This document shows, piece after piece, positions 1-9,882 of a stretch of DNA of 64,000 bases (its first letter is position 1; every line of letters starts with the position of its first letter). The translations under genes were made by a program, and so were the position numbers. The notes beneath the pieces were generated by a model, which was not told the origin of the DNA, searched no databases, and saw nothing but the letters and a program-made list of their open reading frames with translations. The DNA comes from an uncultured Acidobacteriaceae bacterium (lineage in GTDB: Bacteria > Acidobacteriota > Terriglobia > Terriglobales > Acidobacteriaceae), in the NCBI GenBank assembly GCA_963733795.1, contig CAVTED010000003.1:155149-219148 (forward strand). Reading direction: 5' to 3'.

Positions 1-17
1 TCGCGGAAGGCTAACGG

Positions 18-257
18 GTGTCGATTGGAGAACACTTCCGCGACGAACCGAAAAAACACCCCAAGCCCATCTATCCGGCAGACCACGTGGTGGGCATGCG
101 TGTACCGAAGGGCGGCAGCGACTGCGCGAAATGCGAATATCTCGGGCCAAATGGCAAGACGTGCCGGAACAAGGGCTTCGTGATGTGGAACGGAACGGAC
201 AAACTACCAGATCCGCCGGACGAATACTGCTGTGATTTTTTTGAAGCGAAGGAATAG
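18..257 (+). CDS. small Cys-rich hypothetical protein (phage)
   Basis: 79-aa ORF with a GTG start and CxxC plus CC pairs. It is the first of a tightly packed co-directional string of small ORFs. Confidence 0.45.
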   Translation: MSIGEHFRDEPKKHPKPIYPADHVVGMRVPKGGSDCAKCEYLGPNGKTCRNKGFVMWNGTDKLPDPPDEYCCDFFEAKE

Positions 258-263
258 CCAATA

Positions 264-593
264 ATGCCTCTAGAGCCTTTAGTCGAATCGCTTCTCGATG
301 AGTTAGAAGCGGCCCATTGCACCTGCGGCGCGTGTGACGCCGGCGGGAAGTACACCAAGGAGCAAAAGCTGGCGATGAATAGTTGGGAGAAGTGCGGAAT
401 CCACGACCGCGTCGCACGCCTGAAACGGCTCATATCTCGTTCGTCCTTCTCTGAGGAGTACGAAATGTGGAAACGCGTCCTTGCGCATCCACTCGCCGCT
501 GAACTCTTGGCGTCTCCCGCGGTTCAGGAAAGGCTCCGAGACTTTATCTGCCCTGAAGCCGTGCTACCACACGAGAGTGCCCCATGCCGATGA
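264..593 (+). CDS. hypothetical protein (phage)
   Basis: 109-aa ORF starting 6 nt after the previous stop; CTCGAC Cys motif near the N-terminus. Confidence 0.45.
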   Translation: MPLEPLVESLLDELEAAHCTCGACDAGGKYTKEQKLAMNSWEKCGIHDRVARLKRLISRSSFSEEYEMWKRVLAHPLAAELLASPAVQERLRDFICPEAVLPHESAPCR

Positions 594-886
594 CTCCCCT
601 GATGTCGCAAGTGGCCAATGTGTTCGAAGCCCAGTTCCGTCCCGGCCTCGCAGAGTTCGTTAAGCGCGAGTACCACGCACGCGCGGCGAACGCACCGACA
701 GCGCTTCGCACTAAGGAACTGGTCGAGTCCTGCTTAAACCGCATGCGGCTGAGGCTCGAAGAATGCTTCGACCAGGGACTCGGAGCGAAGGAAGTCAGCA
801 ATCACTGTCTGCTGGCCATCCGCCTCGCGCTGGCCGACGAGTTGGACAAGGAATTCCCCAAGCCCATCGTGCTCGCCCAATCGTAG
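584..886 (+). CDS. hypothetical protein (phage)
   Basis: 100-aa ORF whose ATG overlaps the previous gene by 10 nt, suggesting translational coupling. Confidence 0.45.
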   Translation: MPMTPLMSQVANVFEAQFRPGLAEFVKREYHARAANAPTALRTKELVESCLNRMRLRLEECFDQGLGAKEVSNHCLLAIRLALADELDKEFPKPIVLAQS

Positions 887-906
887 AAGAACGACACCTC
901 ATTCCC

Positions 907-1167
907 ATGAATAACTTTGCACTGACGTATCCGCACTGCGCGGCGCTCGAGATCATCCCTGTCATCCACGCCGGACCCGGCTTCGATGTTCTGGATTTGG
1001 AAGAAAAGCTCGGCAAGGACCGCTTCCAGAAGCTCGAAGCCAAACTCACTCGCGTGTTTGTCGCCAACCATCGCCACTACCCCGAAGGCCACGCACTGGC
1101 AGGATACGAGGTGCACTGCGTTTACGCGGAAGACCTTGAGAAATTCCTCGCACAGGAGGGCAAATAG
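907..1167 (+). CDS. hypothetical protein (phage)
   Basis: In-frame ATG at 907 inside track ORF 763..1167 (86 aa); its stop abuts the next ATG at 1168. Confidence 0.45.
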   Translation: MNNFALTYPHCAALEIIPVIHAGPGFDVLDLEEKLGKDRFQKLEAKLTRVFVANHRHYPEGHALAGYEVHCVYAEDLEKFLAQEGK

Positions 1168-1521
1168 ATGGCCTCCCGACTCCGCCAGATTGCCGTCAAC
1201 TCGAACGCCGGCGCTTTCACCGACATCCTGGCCACCGGCCCGACGCGCTCCATCGAAATGATGGAAGACGAAGCCAACGCCACCGAAGGCTTGCAGGTGA
1301 AAAGCCTGCTCGACAGCTTTGCCACCGTCAACACCTTCAGCTTTAACGACGAGCCGCTGACTATTCCCAACGTGCAGCGCTACCCCAACAGCGGACCGCT
1401 ACTTGGGATGAATGCGCAGAACACCAGCGGAGCCTTCAACTATCGGGCGGCCGACAGGCTGGTTTCGGTCCGAGCCAACGGCGCAGCTGCCGCCACCCTC
1501 CGGTTTATCGAAAATGACTAA
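1168..1521 (+). CDS. hypothetical protein (phage)
   Basis: 117-aa ORF with an ATGA overlap with the next gene. Confidence 0.5.
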   Translation: MASRLRQIAVNSNAGAFTDILATGPTRSIEMMEDEANATEGLQVKSLLDSFATVNTFSFNDEPLTIPNVQRYPNSGPLLGMNAQNTSGAFNYRAADRLVSVRANGAAAATLRFIEND

Positions 1522-2617
1522 ACGCATCGTCCTCTTGCTTACGTCGTTTCTTCTGCTCACTGTTGCTGCGCTGGGGCAATCGAGCAATGGACATGGCTCG
1601 GGTGGCGGAGGCGCAGGCTTCGGCTGCTCAGGATCGCTGAACAACCTGACGTGCAACAGCGTCGCTACCAACAATCCCAATGGCGGCGTCGTCTTTACCG
1701 AGGGGAGTTGCGGGAACGTCACGCCAGCCATCGGCCTCATTGTCATTTGCGCGGAATCCACTTTAGGACCCTTGGGAGTAGATGCCTTAGTCCAGAACGT
1801 AGATAACACAGGATGGACGTTTCTGGGGTCGGTTCCAGCAGGCTCGACCGGGGACCTACAGATGAAAAACGGCGGAGGGTTATCGGCTAGCCACTTTAAT
1901 GATAGTGGAACCTCTATCGCTGCGAGTGAACAAGTTGCCCTCGTAAACGGTACGGCCAGCGTTCCCGGCCTGAAACTATCCTCCACTCTTGCTTGGGGTC
2001 TATTTAGCGCGGGCACGGGGATGCCCTTCTCTGGATATTCATCGTGTTTATCGGCGGCGGGAGACACCTGTGACGCCGTGGTAGGGGACAACGGTTTTAC
2101 CCTTAATCAGAGCGGTGTATTCGCGATCAACTCTCTCAGCACAACAGATGCGCGAACATTCGACACGGGTTTGTCGGTATTCACGGCTGGACTGTGGGAA
2201 GGGGGTAACGGGACCGCGCACGACCAAAGCGGGGGGTTTATTGGCAAAAAGGGAATCGGGGTAGTTCTGGTCTCCACCGCCGCGATCGGCATATTCTCTC
2301 CCGTAAAAGCTGACACTGCGAACGCGAACCAGGTGGTCATCACTACGACCACAGACACTGCCGCTGGCTTGGTTATCGGGATTTGTGCGGCTACCCCGGG
2401 AGCCGGGGGTAATTGCCCGGTTCAAACTACTGGTTATTTCGCGCTCACTCTCGGCACCGGAACCTGCTCGATAGGGAATTTTGTCATCGTTGATACCACG
2501 ACGAACGGCAGAGTGAAATGCACGGCCACATACACCGCCGGAACAGTGATCGGTGTTGCGATGGCGGCGAATTCCACGGTTGGGACAACCTTTAACGTGA
2601 TGGTGGGGCTGCGCTGA
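1514..2617 (+). CDS. secreted Gly/Thr/Ser-rich protein (fibre- or adhesin-like)
   Basis: ATG at 1514 is in frame with track ORF 1412..2617. The N-terminus MTKRIVLLLTSFLLLTVAALGQ is a signal peptide. The 367 aa have no frame break. Confidence 0.6.
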   Translation: MTKRIVLLLTSFLLLTVAALGQSSNGHGSGGGGAGFGCSGSLNNLTCNSVATNNPNGGVVFTEGSCGNVTPAIGLIVICAESTLGPLGVDALVQNVDNTGWTFLGSVPAGSTGDLQMKNGGGLSASHFNDSGTSIAASEQVALVNGTASVPGLKLSSTLAWGLFSAGTGMPFSGYSSCLSAAGDTCDAVVGDNGFTLNQSGVFAINSLSTTDARTFDTGLSVFTAGLWEGGNGTAHDQSGGFIGKKGIGVVLVSTAAIGIFSPVKADTANANQVVITTTTDTAAGLVIGICAATPGAGGNCPVQTTGYFALTLGTGTCSIGNFVIVDTTTNGRVKCTATYTAGTVIGVAMAANSTVGTTFNVMVGLR

Positions 2618-2634
2618 GACGGCTTCTCTTTGTA

Positions 2635-4274
2635 TTGGCGTTATTCTCTAGCTCGGCCTTCGCGCAGCTTGCTACACCTACGTTCGTGCTCGCGTCCAGC
2701 GGGTCTTTCTCCGCAACAAACGCCGTTTACGATCCCTTGTTAGGCCCATCTGGCTCAACTTTTTGTTGGTCAACAAACGGCACAACGCCGACAGCCACTG
2801 TTGCAGGCACGTGCGACTCCGGCTTCTATTCTTCGAATAATCAGGCAGGCTGCTACTTCGCTACTTCCGGAACTTGCAAGGCTATCGTCACCCAATCCGG
2901 TTTTACGAATAGCGCGGTGGCGACGGCCACCTACACCATTAGAAGGCGGGGGTGAGCAACCCGGTTCTGTCCCTACTCCAGTAAAGATCACCAGCGCCAC
3001 CACGAACATGATCACGAAGAGCCGCAAGCCGCCAATCAGAACGGGACAATCTATCTCTTCTTCTATAACGAAGGCATCGCCGGAGTCACGGTAGACAGCG
3101 GTGGGAACACGCGCATCATGATGAAGACGTGCAACCCCGGTTCCGTGAATTGTGCGGTGGGGAGCAACTGGACAGCTCCAACGTCGTCTGGTTTTTGCCA
3201 AAGCGGAGACCCCTTAACTGGATGTTTGTGGAATTCCAGCACTCCTTACGGAAATCAGGCGAACGGCAAGGGCGTCACGACGCAACGGAACCCTGCTCGT
3301 ATTTATCACCAGTTGGACGGCCCCGGTCAACAATACTCCTGCCGGCCTTACGGAATGCCGCTTACCCCTCAACGGTTCCTGGAATTGCTTTACGGTGGTG
3401 AGTCCATCCTTTCCCTCGCCCAACAATTTCGTAAACTCCACAACGAATGTCATCTCCATTGCGGCAGGCGAAACAGGGGTTACGGGACCGTGTTTTACTT
3501 CCGGTTGCGCCTTCATCAGCACAAAACAAGGCATCGCCGGAACCATCGGAAACATTTTCAGCTACGACGACGGGCTCACCTGGTCCGATCCAGTGACGAT
3601 TTCGACGGGATGCGGCTAGGCGGCTGCGCTTTCCATTCATCACCGAAGAACATGCCACGGTGCGGCTCCCCAATTCGATGAAGCTGATGAACTTCATGCG
3701 GCCCTCGGCGACCGCGCCGGTCAACGGTGGGCCTACACCCATCATGTTTCAGGAGTCGAGTAATTCTGGGAACGTCCTGGAGTGGATACACGAACGGAAG
3801 TTTACCTTCGGAAACGCCTCAAACCTTCCCCTGAGTCCCTGTTCTCCCACTCCCATGACGGGATGGATGGACGAGTTTCCTGAACCATCCGTCATCCAGG
3901 TTCCAAACAATCCGGCACTCTATACGGTGCTTTACGGAGAACGATTCTCCTGTCCCAGCCCCAGCGCCGCACATACCGAGTGGCAGATTGTGACCTTCAA
4001 CGGATCCAGCGTCTTCACCGGCAATGGATTAAATCTTCCACTCCCGCAAGTCCTAGACTTCAACACCATATCGACAAATCCCTGCGTAACGGGCTCGGCT
4101 AATCCGCATACCGCGTATTCCGATCTTGTGAAGCTGAATGCGACGCAGGCCATGATGTTCTACGAGTGCGGAACAACGGCGCCGCTGGAAGATATTTACG
4201 GAACGGTGATCAGTTACCCAGTCGGGGAAACGATGACTTCTGTGACATGGAACGGCGGAGTGGCTATTCAGTGA
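2635..4274 (+). pseudogene. secreted carbohydrate-active-like protein (chitobiase-C-like Ig module plus BNR/Asp-box), split over at least 4 frames
   Basis: Signal peptide (..LFVLALFSSSAFAQ). The ATPTF...SGFTNSAVATATYTI module is typical of CHB_HEX_C-type domains. The sequence continues in frames 2801..3094, 3118.., 3395..3619 (Asp-box SYDDGLTW) and 3660..4274. Confidence 0.5.
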
Positions 4275-4813
4275 GGCTTCTCTGCCCAGACACGGAATTC
4301 GTCAGTATTCACCGGCTTGCCATGCAGAATGTCGTCTGTTTTGACGTGATGGAGTTGAAGAATATTCCAGCCCGAAAGCAGTTCCAGCACACGGTCTTTG
4401 GTGGTGTAGTGCTCAACCATCGTCGGTTCGCTGTTCGCAGCGTAGGGAGTAAACAAAGCTCTACCGCCCAGAGCCAGCACTTCCCGAATATTGCAGGCCG
4501 TCTGCCGCGCAACGTCAAAAAAGGCTAAAACCAAGGCCGCACGTTCAAAGGCCAAATCAAACGGACCCTCGAAGGGAACCTCGGGAAAGGCGGCCACCGT
4601 CAACTCAACTCCGCCGCCGCAGCGAGTTTCGGCATATTGCACTGCGTCGGGATCGCGATCAAATCCCCACACCGAAAATCCTTCTTGATTCAAAAACCAG
4701 GCATTGTTTCCCGACCCACAGCCAACGTCCAATATGCGGGTTTCGCGGCGCGTATTTGTTGGTGCGAGTCGCCAAATACAAATGTGGCTACTTGATCGTG
4801 CGGACAGCGCCAT
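4268..4813 (-). CDS. class I SAM-dependent methyltransferase
   Basis: SAM motif I is ILDVGCGSGNNAWFL, followed by WGFDRD. The gene is antisense to the flanking phage genes. The N-terminus may be longer or frameshifted. Confidence 0.75.
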   Translation of the reverse strand: MALSARSSSHICIWRLAPTNTRRETRILDVGCGSGNNAWFLNQEGFSVWGFDRDPDAVQYAETRCGGGVELTVAAFPEVPFEGPFDLAFERAALVLAFFDVARQTACNIREVLALGGRALFTPYAANSEPTMVEHYTTKDRVLELLSGWNILQLHHVKTDDILHGKPVNTDEFRVWAEKPH

Positions 4814-4825
4814 CGTACTGGCATT

Positions 4826-5436
4826 TTGGCATCACTCATAAGCCCGGAATTATACATGCGCTTCCCCTTGGTTACCCGCGCCCACCACGAAACCGTAGTC
4901 CAGGCCATGAAACAGCAGATGGAGGGACTGGCGAAGCTGCTCTACCCGCGCGGCGTTCCCCCGGAATTCCAGTTGCGCTTGGGCATCCAGATCGAAGCCT
5001 CCGCCAACCAGTCGGAGCCGAGCCGGAACTGACGGACGACCAGAAAGCCATGGCCGAGATGAAAGCCCAGCAGGCCGCCGACCGCGCCCGCCTCGAACGT
5101 ATTCGCCGGACGCGGCCATCGCAACTCGGGCCTGTGTTTTCGGATCAGATGCGCAAGTGGGCTGGCAGAAGGGACGCATCCCACTTCGTCTGGTGCCCGG
5201 GCCATCTCCCGCTTCCGCCGTCTTCCCCCGCGCCGCAGCCGAGGCGCTCGACACAACTTCTGACGCATGAGCGCCACTCCCCAAAGTCTTGGAATGAGGG
5301 CGCACAGCCCAATGCCGGTCCGATTCGCGCCGAAATCACGCCTCCGAAAATTCCCCAGACCCAGGAGCCGACCGCCGAAGCTCCCGCCCAGGAATCGCCG
5401 GAAGACGCGATGTCAAAAAGTACGGCAAGCGGCTGA
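4826..5436 (+). pseudogene. hypothetical phage protein, at least one frame break
   Basis: ORF 4826..5032 (..MRFPLVTRAHHETVVQAMKQQMEG..) continues in the frame of 4756..5436 (..ELTDDQKAMAEMKAQQAADRARLE..). Confidence 0.3.
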
Positions 5437-7668
5437 TGGATGCCTGCATCAAGAAGCGCGAAGGCTGGCAGTGGAAGCGGCGCGGCATCGTCGAGAAAGT
5501 TTTCAAGAACAAGGAGAGTACAAGGGCAACCAGTACATCGGCTTTTATCCCGGCACCACCGACGCCTTCGACCCGATGCAGGAGTTCCAGAACTGGTCCG
5601 GCGCCGACTATAAAAACGCCGACCGCTCCATGGACCGCCGCCCGCACAACTTCTACCAGATGGTGGCCCGCGCCTACGTGGCCTCATGTGCTCGGAAGTT
5701 CCCAAAAGCCGCGCCACCCCGCTGAACGACGATCTCGAAGAGACCGCGAGACCGCCAAAGCCTACGACACCTGTCGAAGAGATCATCGAACGCGCCAACA
5801 AGATCAAGAGCCTGCTGCGGCAGGAGCTGATGGAGTTTTTTACCTCGGGCGGGTATTTCAAATTCACTCGCTATGTGGTCGATTCCGACCGCACCGGCAC
5901 CCACAAGCAGACCGTGTTGAAGCTCACGCAGAACGCGGAAATCCTGCCCGCGCGCTATCAGTGCTTTCACTGCGGCGTGGCCACTCCGGAAGATCAGGTT
6001 GTGGCCGGGGATTCGCTGGCCTGCCCCAACTGCGGCGCGCGCTTCAGCGGCGAGAATTACTTTCAGGGCTACTCCGCCGACGTTCCCCTGGCCGAAGAAA
6101 AACAAGGATGTGCCGAACGGAATGGTTCTCTGGGATGTGGTCGGGCCCATGCACATCGACACCGATCCGGACGCTCCCGACCTGGCTAACACCTGCCTTT
6201 TGAACTACGGCCTCGAGGTTCCGCTGGGCTGGTTGCGCATGACCTTCGACAAGTTTTGGGAGAAGTTGAGCGAAGGGCAGACCACCGGTACCGGCAATGA
6301 AATGGTGGAGCGGCAGTGGCGCGACATGCTGACCGCGCCCGCCGGGTATCAGCCGTGGTTTTCCGCCACCAACCAGTCGAAGCCCACCTACAACCGGGTC
6401 TGGATCCAGCCCATGCTCTTCGCGGAAATGGATCATGCGACCAAGCAGGAGTGCGACGAACTGCGACAGACGTTCCCCACCGGCTGCATGTTGGCTTACT
6501 GCGGCGATGTCGCCCTGTCGATTCGCAAGGCCAAGCTCACCGACGAGTGGACCTGGGGCGGACGCGACCAGAAAACCTACGGCCTTTATCCCACCCCGGC
6601 GGGCGATGCCATCGTTCCCGTGCAGGAGCGCATCAACGACTGCATTTCCAAGATCGACGAATACGCCGACCGGCTGGCCTGCGGCATCCTGCTGGCCAAC
6701 GGCGAGTACATCGACACCGCCGGGATGAACAACAAGGCCATGCTGCCCGGCGTGTTGAACGAAATTCGCGTCCGGCAGAACTCTGGCCGCTCTCCGACAT
6801 CAACCAGATGATCTTTCAGGTGAAAGGCGAAATCGACTCCGCTATCTTCACCTATCTCTCCCTGCTGAAGCAGGACATTGAACTGCTGGCCTCGACCCCG
6901 CCGCAGTTGATGGGAGTGGGAACCCAGGACGGCGTTGAAACTGCCTCGGGACAAGCGCAGCAGTTAGGTCAGGCGCAAACCAGATTGACTCTCGACTGGG
7001 ATTTGATCTGCGACGAGCACGCCGACGCCAGTGACAACGCTGTGCGCTGCGCCGCCAAGAACATGACCGAAAGCTGGCAGACGACGGTCGCCGACGAGTC
7101 CAAGGAATTCCGCACCAAGTACGTGCATCTCGACCAGATGAAAGGCTCGGTCCGCATCGAGCGCGACACCAATCAACTGTTTCCCATGACCGCCGCCGAC
7201 ATTCGCAACTGGTGGAGCGCCACCCTGCAAGACGGCAACGAGCAACTGGTGCAGATGCTTTTAGCCGAGCCCGAGAATATGGAAGCGGCGGTGCGCTTCG
7301 CCGGGGTGCCGGGACTGGTTCCGCCGCAGGGCGCGCTGCGCGGCAAGATGCTGCAAATCATCGCGCAACTGGTGTCGAACGCGCCCACCGAACAGCCCGA
7401 TCCGCAGAATCCGCAAGGCCCGCCGCTGGAACTTCCGTCGCTGGCTCCGACCTGGCTGCTGGCGACGAAATATCTCGACGACCTGCCCACCCTGATCAAA
7501 CTGATTCCCAACTGGGCGGCCAAGCACTGGGAACAGTTGAAGGATAACGAGCCGGGACTCAGGAATCTTCTGGCCTTTTATAAACAAGCCATCGTCTTCA
7601 ACAAGCAGTTGCAGGCCGAGATGCAGTTGACCGGCGACACCCCACAACCTCAAGGAGCGCAAGCATGA
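5436..7668 (+). pseudogene. putative portal protein (about 745 aa reconstructed from about 5 frames)
   Basis: Protein sequence can be followed across ORFs 5436.., 5267..5725, 5686..6189 (CxxC..CxxC ribbon), 5999..6811 and 6316..7668. Its size and its position just upstream of the scaffold-like and capsid-like genes suggest a portal, but there is no motif-level proof. Confidence 0.5.
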
Positions 7669-8912
7669 AACGAACCGAGCCCGTGATCTACTGTGACGCG
7701 AAGGGAGTGGAGCACGAAGCTCTGGTCTTCGCGGTCAATCCCCTCAACGAAGGCTATCTCTCGCTGGTCTACGTGGACCCCTCGAAACCCGACGCCGACA
7801 ACGTGGTCAAGGTCTTCGACGTGCGCCACATGAGTTCGATCAGTGAATTCCGGACAGTCAAAGACAGTTCCGGCCAGGACGCAGAGGAAGGCAATCCAGA
7901 CCTTCCCACTTATCACCTGAACTGCTGGAAGAATCTTTTCGAACATTCGAAGGCGTTGCCCTCCGACCATCCCGCCTACGACCATCCGCACCTGCCCACG
8001 ACCGACAAAGATGGCAAGCGCATCGAGCGGTCGCGGCCGGAGTATGACGCGCAGATTGAAGCGCATCAGGCTTCGACGCAGGCCGACGGCTACGCAGCGT
8101 CCAGCGAAGGAGAGCCGGAACCGCCGAAACGCCCGACCATCGCGGAATTGGACGCGATACTGAACGACCCTGTGGAATCCGCCGAAGGTTATCGTGAAGC
8201 CGGACGGATCAGTGAGCGCCCTGCCCGAACCTTCTGCTGCTCGATAAGGTTTTGCGACGAGCACGCCGACGCCAGTGACAACGCTGTGCGCTGCGCCGCC
8301 AAGAACATGACCGAAAGCTGGCAAACGACGGTCGCCGACGAGTCCAAGGAATTCCGCACCAAGTACGTGCATCTCGACCAGATGAAAGGCTCGGTCCGCA
8401 TCGAGCGCGACACCAATCAACTGTTTCCCATGACCGCCGCCGACATTCGCAACTGGTGGAGCGCCACCCTGCAAGACGGCAACGAGCAACTGGTGCAGAT
8501 GCTTTTAGCCGAGCCCCAGAATATGGAAGCGGCGGTGCGCTTCGCCGGGGTGCCGGGACTGGTTCCGCCGCAGGGCGCGCTGCGCGGCAAGATGCTGCAA
8601 ATCATCGCGCAACTGGTGTTGAATGCACTCACCGAACAGCCCGATCCGCAGAATCCGCAAGGCCCGCCGCTGGAACTTCCGTCGCTGGCTCCGACCTGGC
8701 TGCTGGCGACGAAATATCTCGACGACTTGCCCACCCTGATCAAACTGATTCCCAACTGGGCGGCCAAGCACTGGGAACAGTTGAAGGATAACGAGCCGGG
8801 ACTGAGGAATCTTCTGGCCTTTTATAAACAAGCCATCGTCTTCAACAAGCAGTTGCAGGCCGAGATGCAGTTGACCGGCGACACCCCACAACCTCAAGGA
8901 GCGCAAGCATGA
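7665..8912 (+). CDS. chimeric ORF: 191-aa-type phage gene (copy 1) fused to the duplicated portal C-terminus
   Basis: The N-terminal about 195 aa (MKRTEPVIYCDAKGVEHEAL..) match ORF 8909..9484. The C-terminal about 220 aa (DEHADASDNAVRCAAKN..GAQA) match the end of 6316..7668. Confidence 0.5.
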   Translation: MKRTEPVIYCDAKGVEHEALVFAVNPLNEGYLSLVYVDPSKPDADNVVKVFDVRHMSSISEFRTVKDSSGQDAEEGNPDLPTYHLNCWKNLFEHSKALPSDHPAYDHPHLPTTDKDGKRIERSRPEYDAQIEAHQASTQADGYAASSEGEPEPPKRPTIAELDAILNDPVESAEGYREAGRISERPARTFCCSIRFCDEHADASDNAVRCAAKNMTESWQTTVADESKEFRTKYVHLDQMKGSVRIERDTNQLFPMTAADIRNWWSATLQDGNEQLVQMLLAEPQNMEAAVRFAGVPGLVPPQGALRGKMLQIIAQLVLNALTEQPDPQNPQGPPLELPSLAPTWLLATKYLDDLPTLIKLIPNWAAKHWEQLKDNEPGLRNLLAFYKQAIVFNKQLQAEMQLTGDTPQPQGAQA

Positions 8913-9484
8913 AACGAACCGAGCCCGTGATCTACTGTGACGCGAAGGGAGTGGAGCACGAAGCTCTGGTCTTCGCGGTCAATCCCCTCAACGAAGGCTA
9001 TCTCTCGCTGGTCTACGTGGACCCCTCGAAACCCGACGCCGACAACGTGGTCAAGGTCTTCGACGTGCGCCACATGAGTTCGATCAGTGAATTCCGGACA
9101 GTCAAATACAGTTCCGGCCAGGACGCAGAGGAAGGCAATCCAGACCTTCCCACTTATCACCTGAACTGCTGGAAGAATCTTTTCGAACATTCGAAGGCGT
9201 TGCCCTCCGACCATCCCGCCTACTACCATCCGCACCTGCCCACGACCGACAAAGATGGCAAGCGCATCGAGCGGTCGCGGCCTGAGTATGACGCGCAGAT
9301 TGAAGCGCATCAGGCTTCGACGCAGGCCGACGGCTACGCAGCGTCCAGCGAAGGAGAGCCGGAACCGCCAAAACGCCCGACCATCGCGGAATTGGACGCG
9401 ATACTAACGACCCAATCCGCCGAAGGTTATCGTGAAGCCGGACGGATCAGTGAGCGCCCTGCCCGAACCTTCTGCTGTCGATAA
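8909..9484 (+). CDS. hypothetical phage protein (copy 2 of the duplicated gene)
   Basis: 191-aa ORF with an ATGA overlap with the preceding ORF; no recognisable motif. Confidence 0.55.
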   Translation: MKRTEPVIYCDAKGVEHEALVFAVNPLNEGYLSLVYVDPSKPDADNVVKVFDVRHMSSISEFRTVKYSSGQDAEEGNPDLPTYHLNCWKNLFEHSKALPSDHPAYYHPHLPTTDKDGKRIERSRPEYDAQIEAHQASTQADGYAASSEGEPEPPKRPTIAELDAILTTQSAEGYREAGRISERPARTFCCR

Positions 9485-9782
9485 GGTTGTGAGTATCGAG
9501 ACCAAGAACTACTCGGATGGCTCCAGCGCCACCGGACCCGCGCCACTTCCCGACCAGTCACCAGAACAACAGAAGGCCGCCGAAAGTGCCTCGGTTCCGT
9601 CTGCCGCCGACCTCGACGCGGATGCCGCCGAGAAAAACGCCGCAGAAGCGACCGCGGGAGACCAGCAGAAGGAAAGCTTGCTCCACAAGATCGGCGAACA
9701 CATCAAGCACGACGCCGAAGTGGTAGGAGAGGCCGCGGCCGAGATCGCCGCCAGCGGTCTGGGCGCGTTCCAGGACGAGTAG
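9432..9782 (+). CDS. acidic Ala/Glu-rich hypothetical protein
   Basis: 116-aa ORF with a GTG start, overlapping the end of 8909..9484 in another frame. Confidence 0.4.
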   Translation: MKPDGSVSALPEPSAVDKVVSIETKNYSDGSSATGPAPLPDQSPEQQKAAESASVPSAADLDADAAEKNAAEATAGDQQKESLLHKIGEHIKHDAEVVGEAAAEIAASGLGAFQDE

Positions 9783-9882
9783 CGTTTCGAAGTCAACCTT
9801 TCACCCAACCGCCCGCAGCCTGAGTGCTGCGGGCTTTTCATTGCCCGAAAAAGACTGACCGAAAAAAGAGAGGATCACGACT

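Larger units (their letters stand above)
7009..9488 (+). repeat. tandem duplication of a 1244-bp unit (7009-8252 and 8253-9488)
   Basis: Direct comparison gives an offset of exactly 1244 nt, and ORF ends 7668 and 8912 are 1244 apart. The copies differ by about 12 substitutions and a few small indels. Confidence 0.95.

Noticed and set aside
7009-9488. The duplicated 1.2-kb units as a diversity-generating retroelement template/variable repeat pair.
   Set aside because: Mismatches between the copies are mixed transitions and transversions, not confined to adenines. The units are 10 times longer than typical TR/VR. No reverse transcriptase gene is present in the window.
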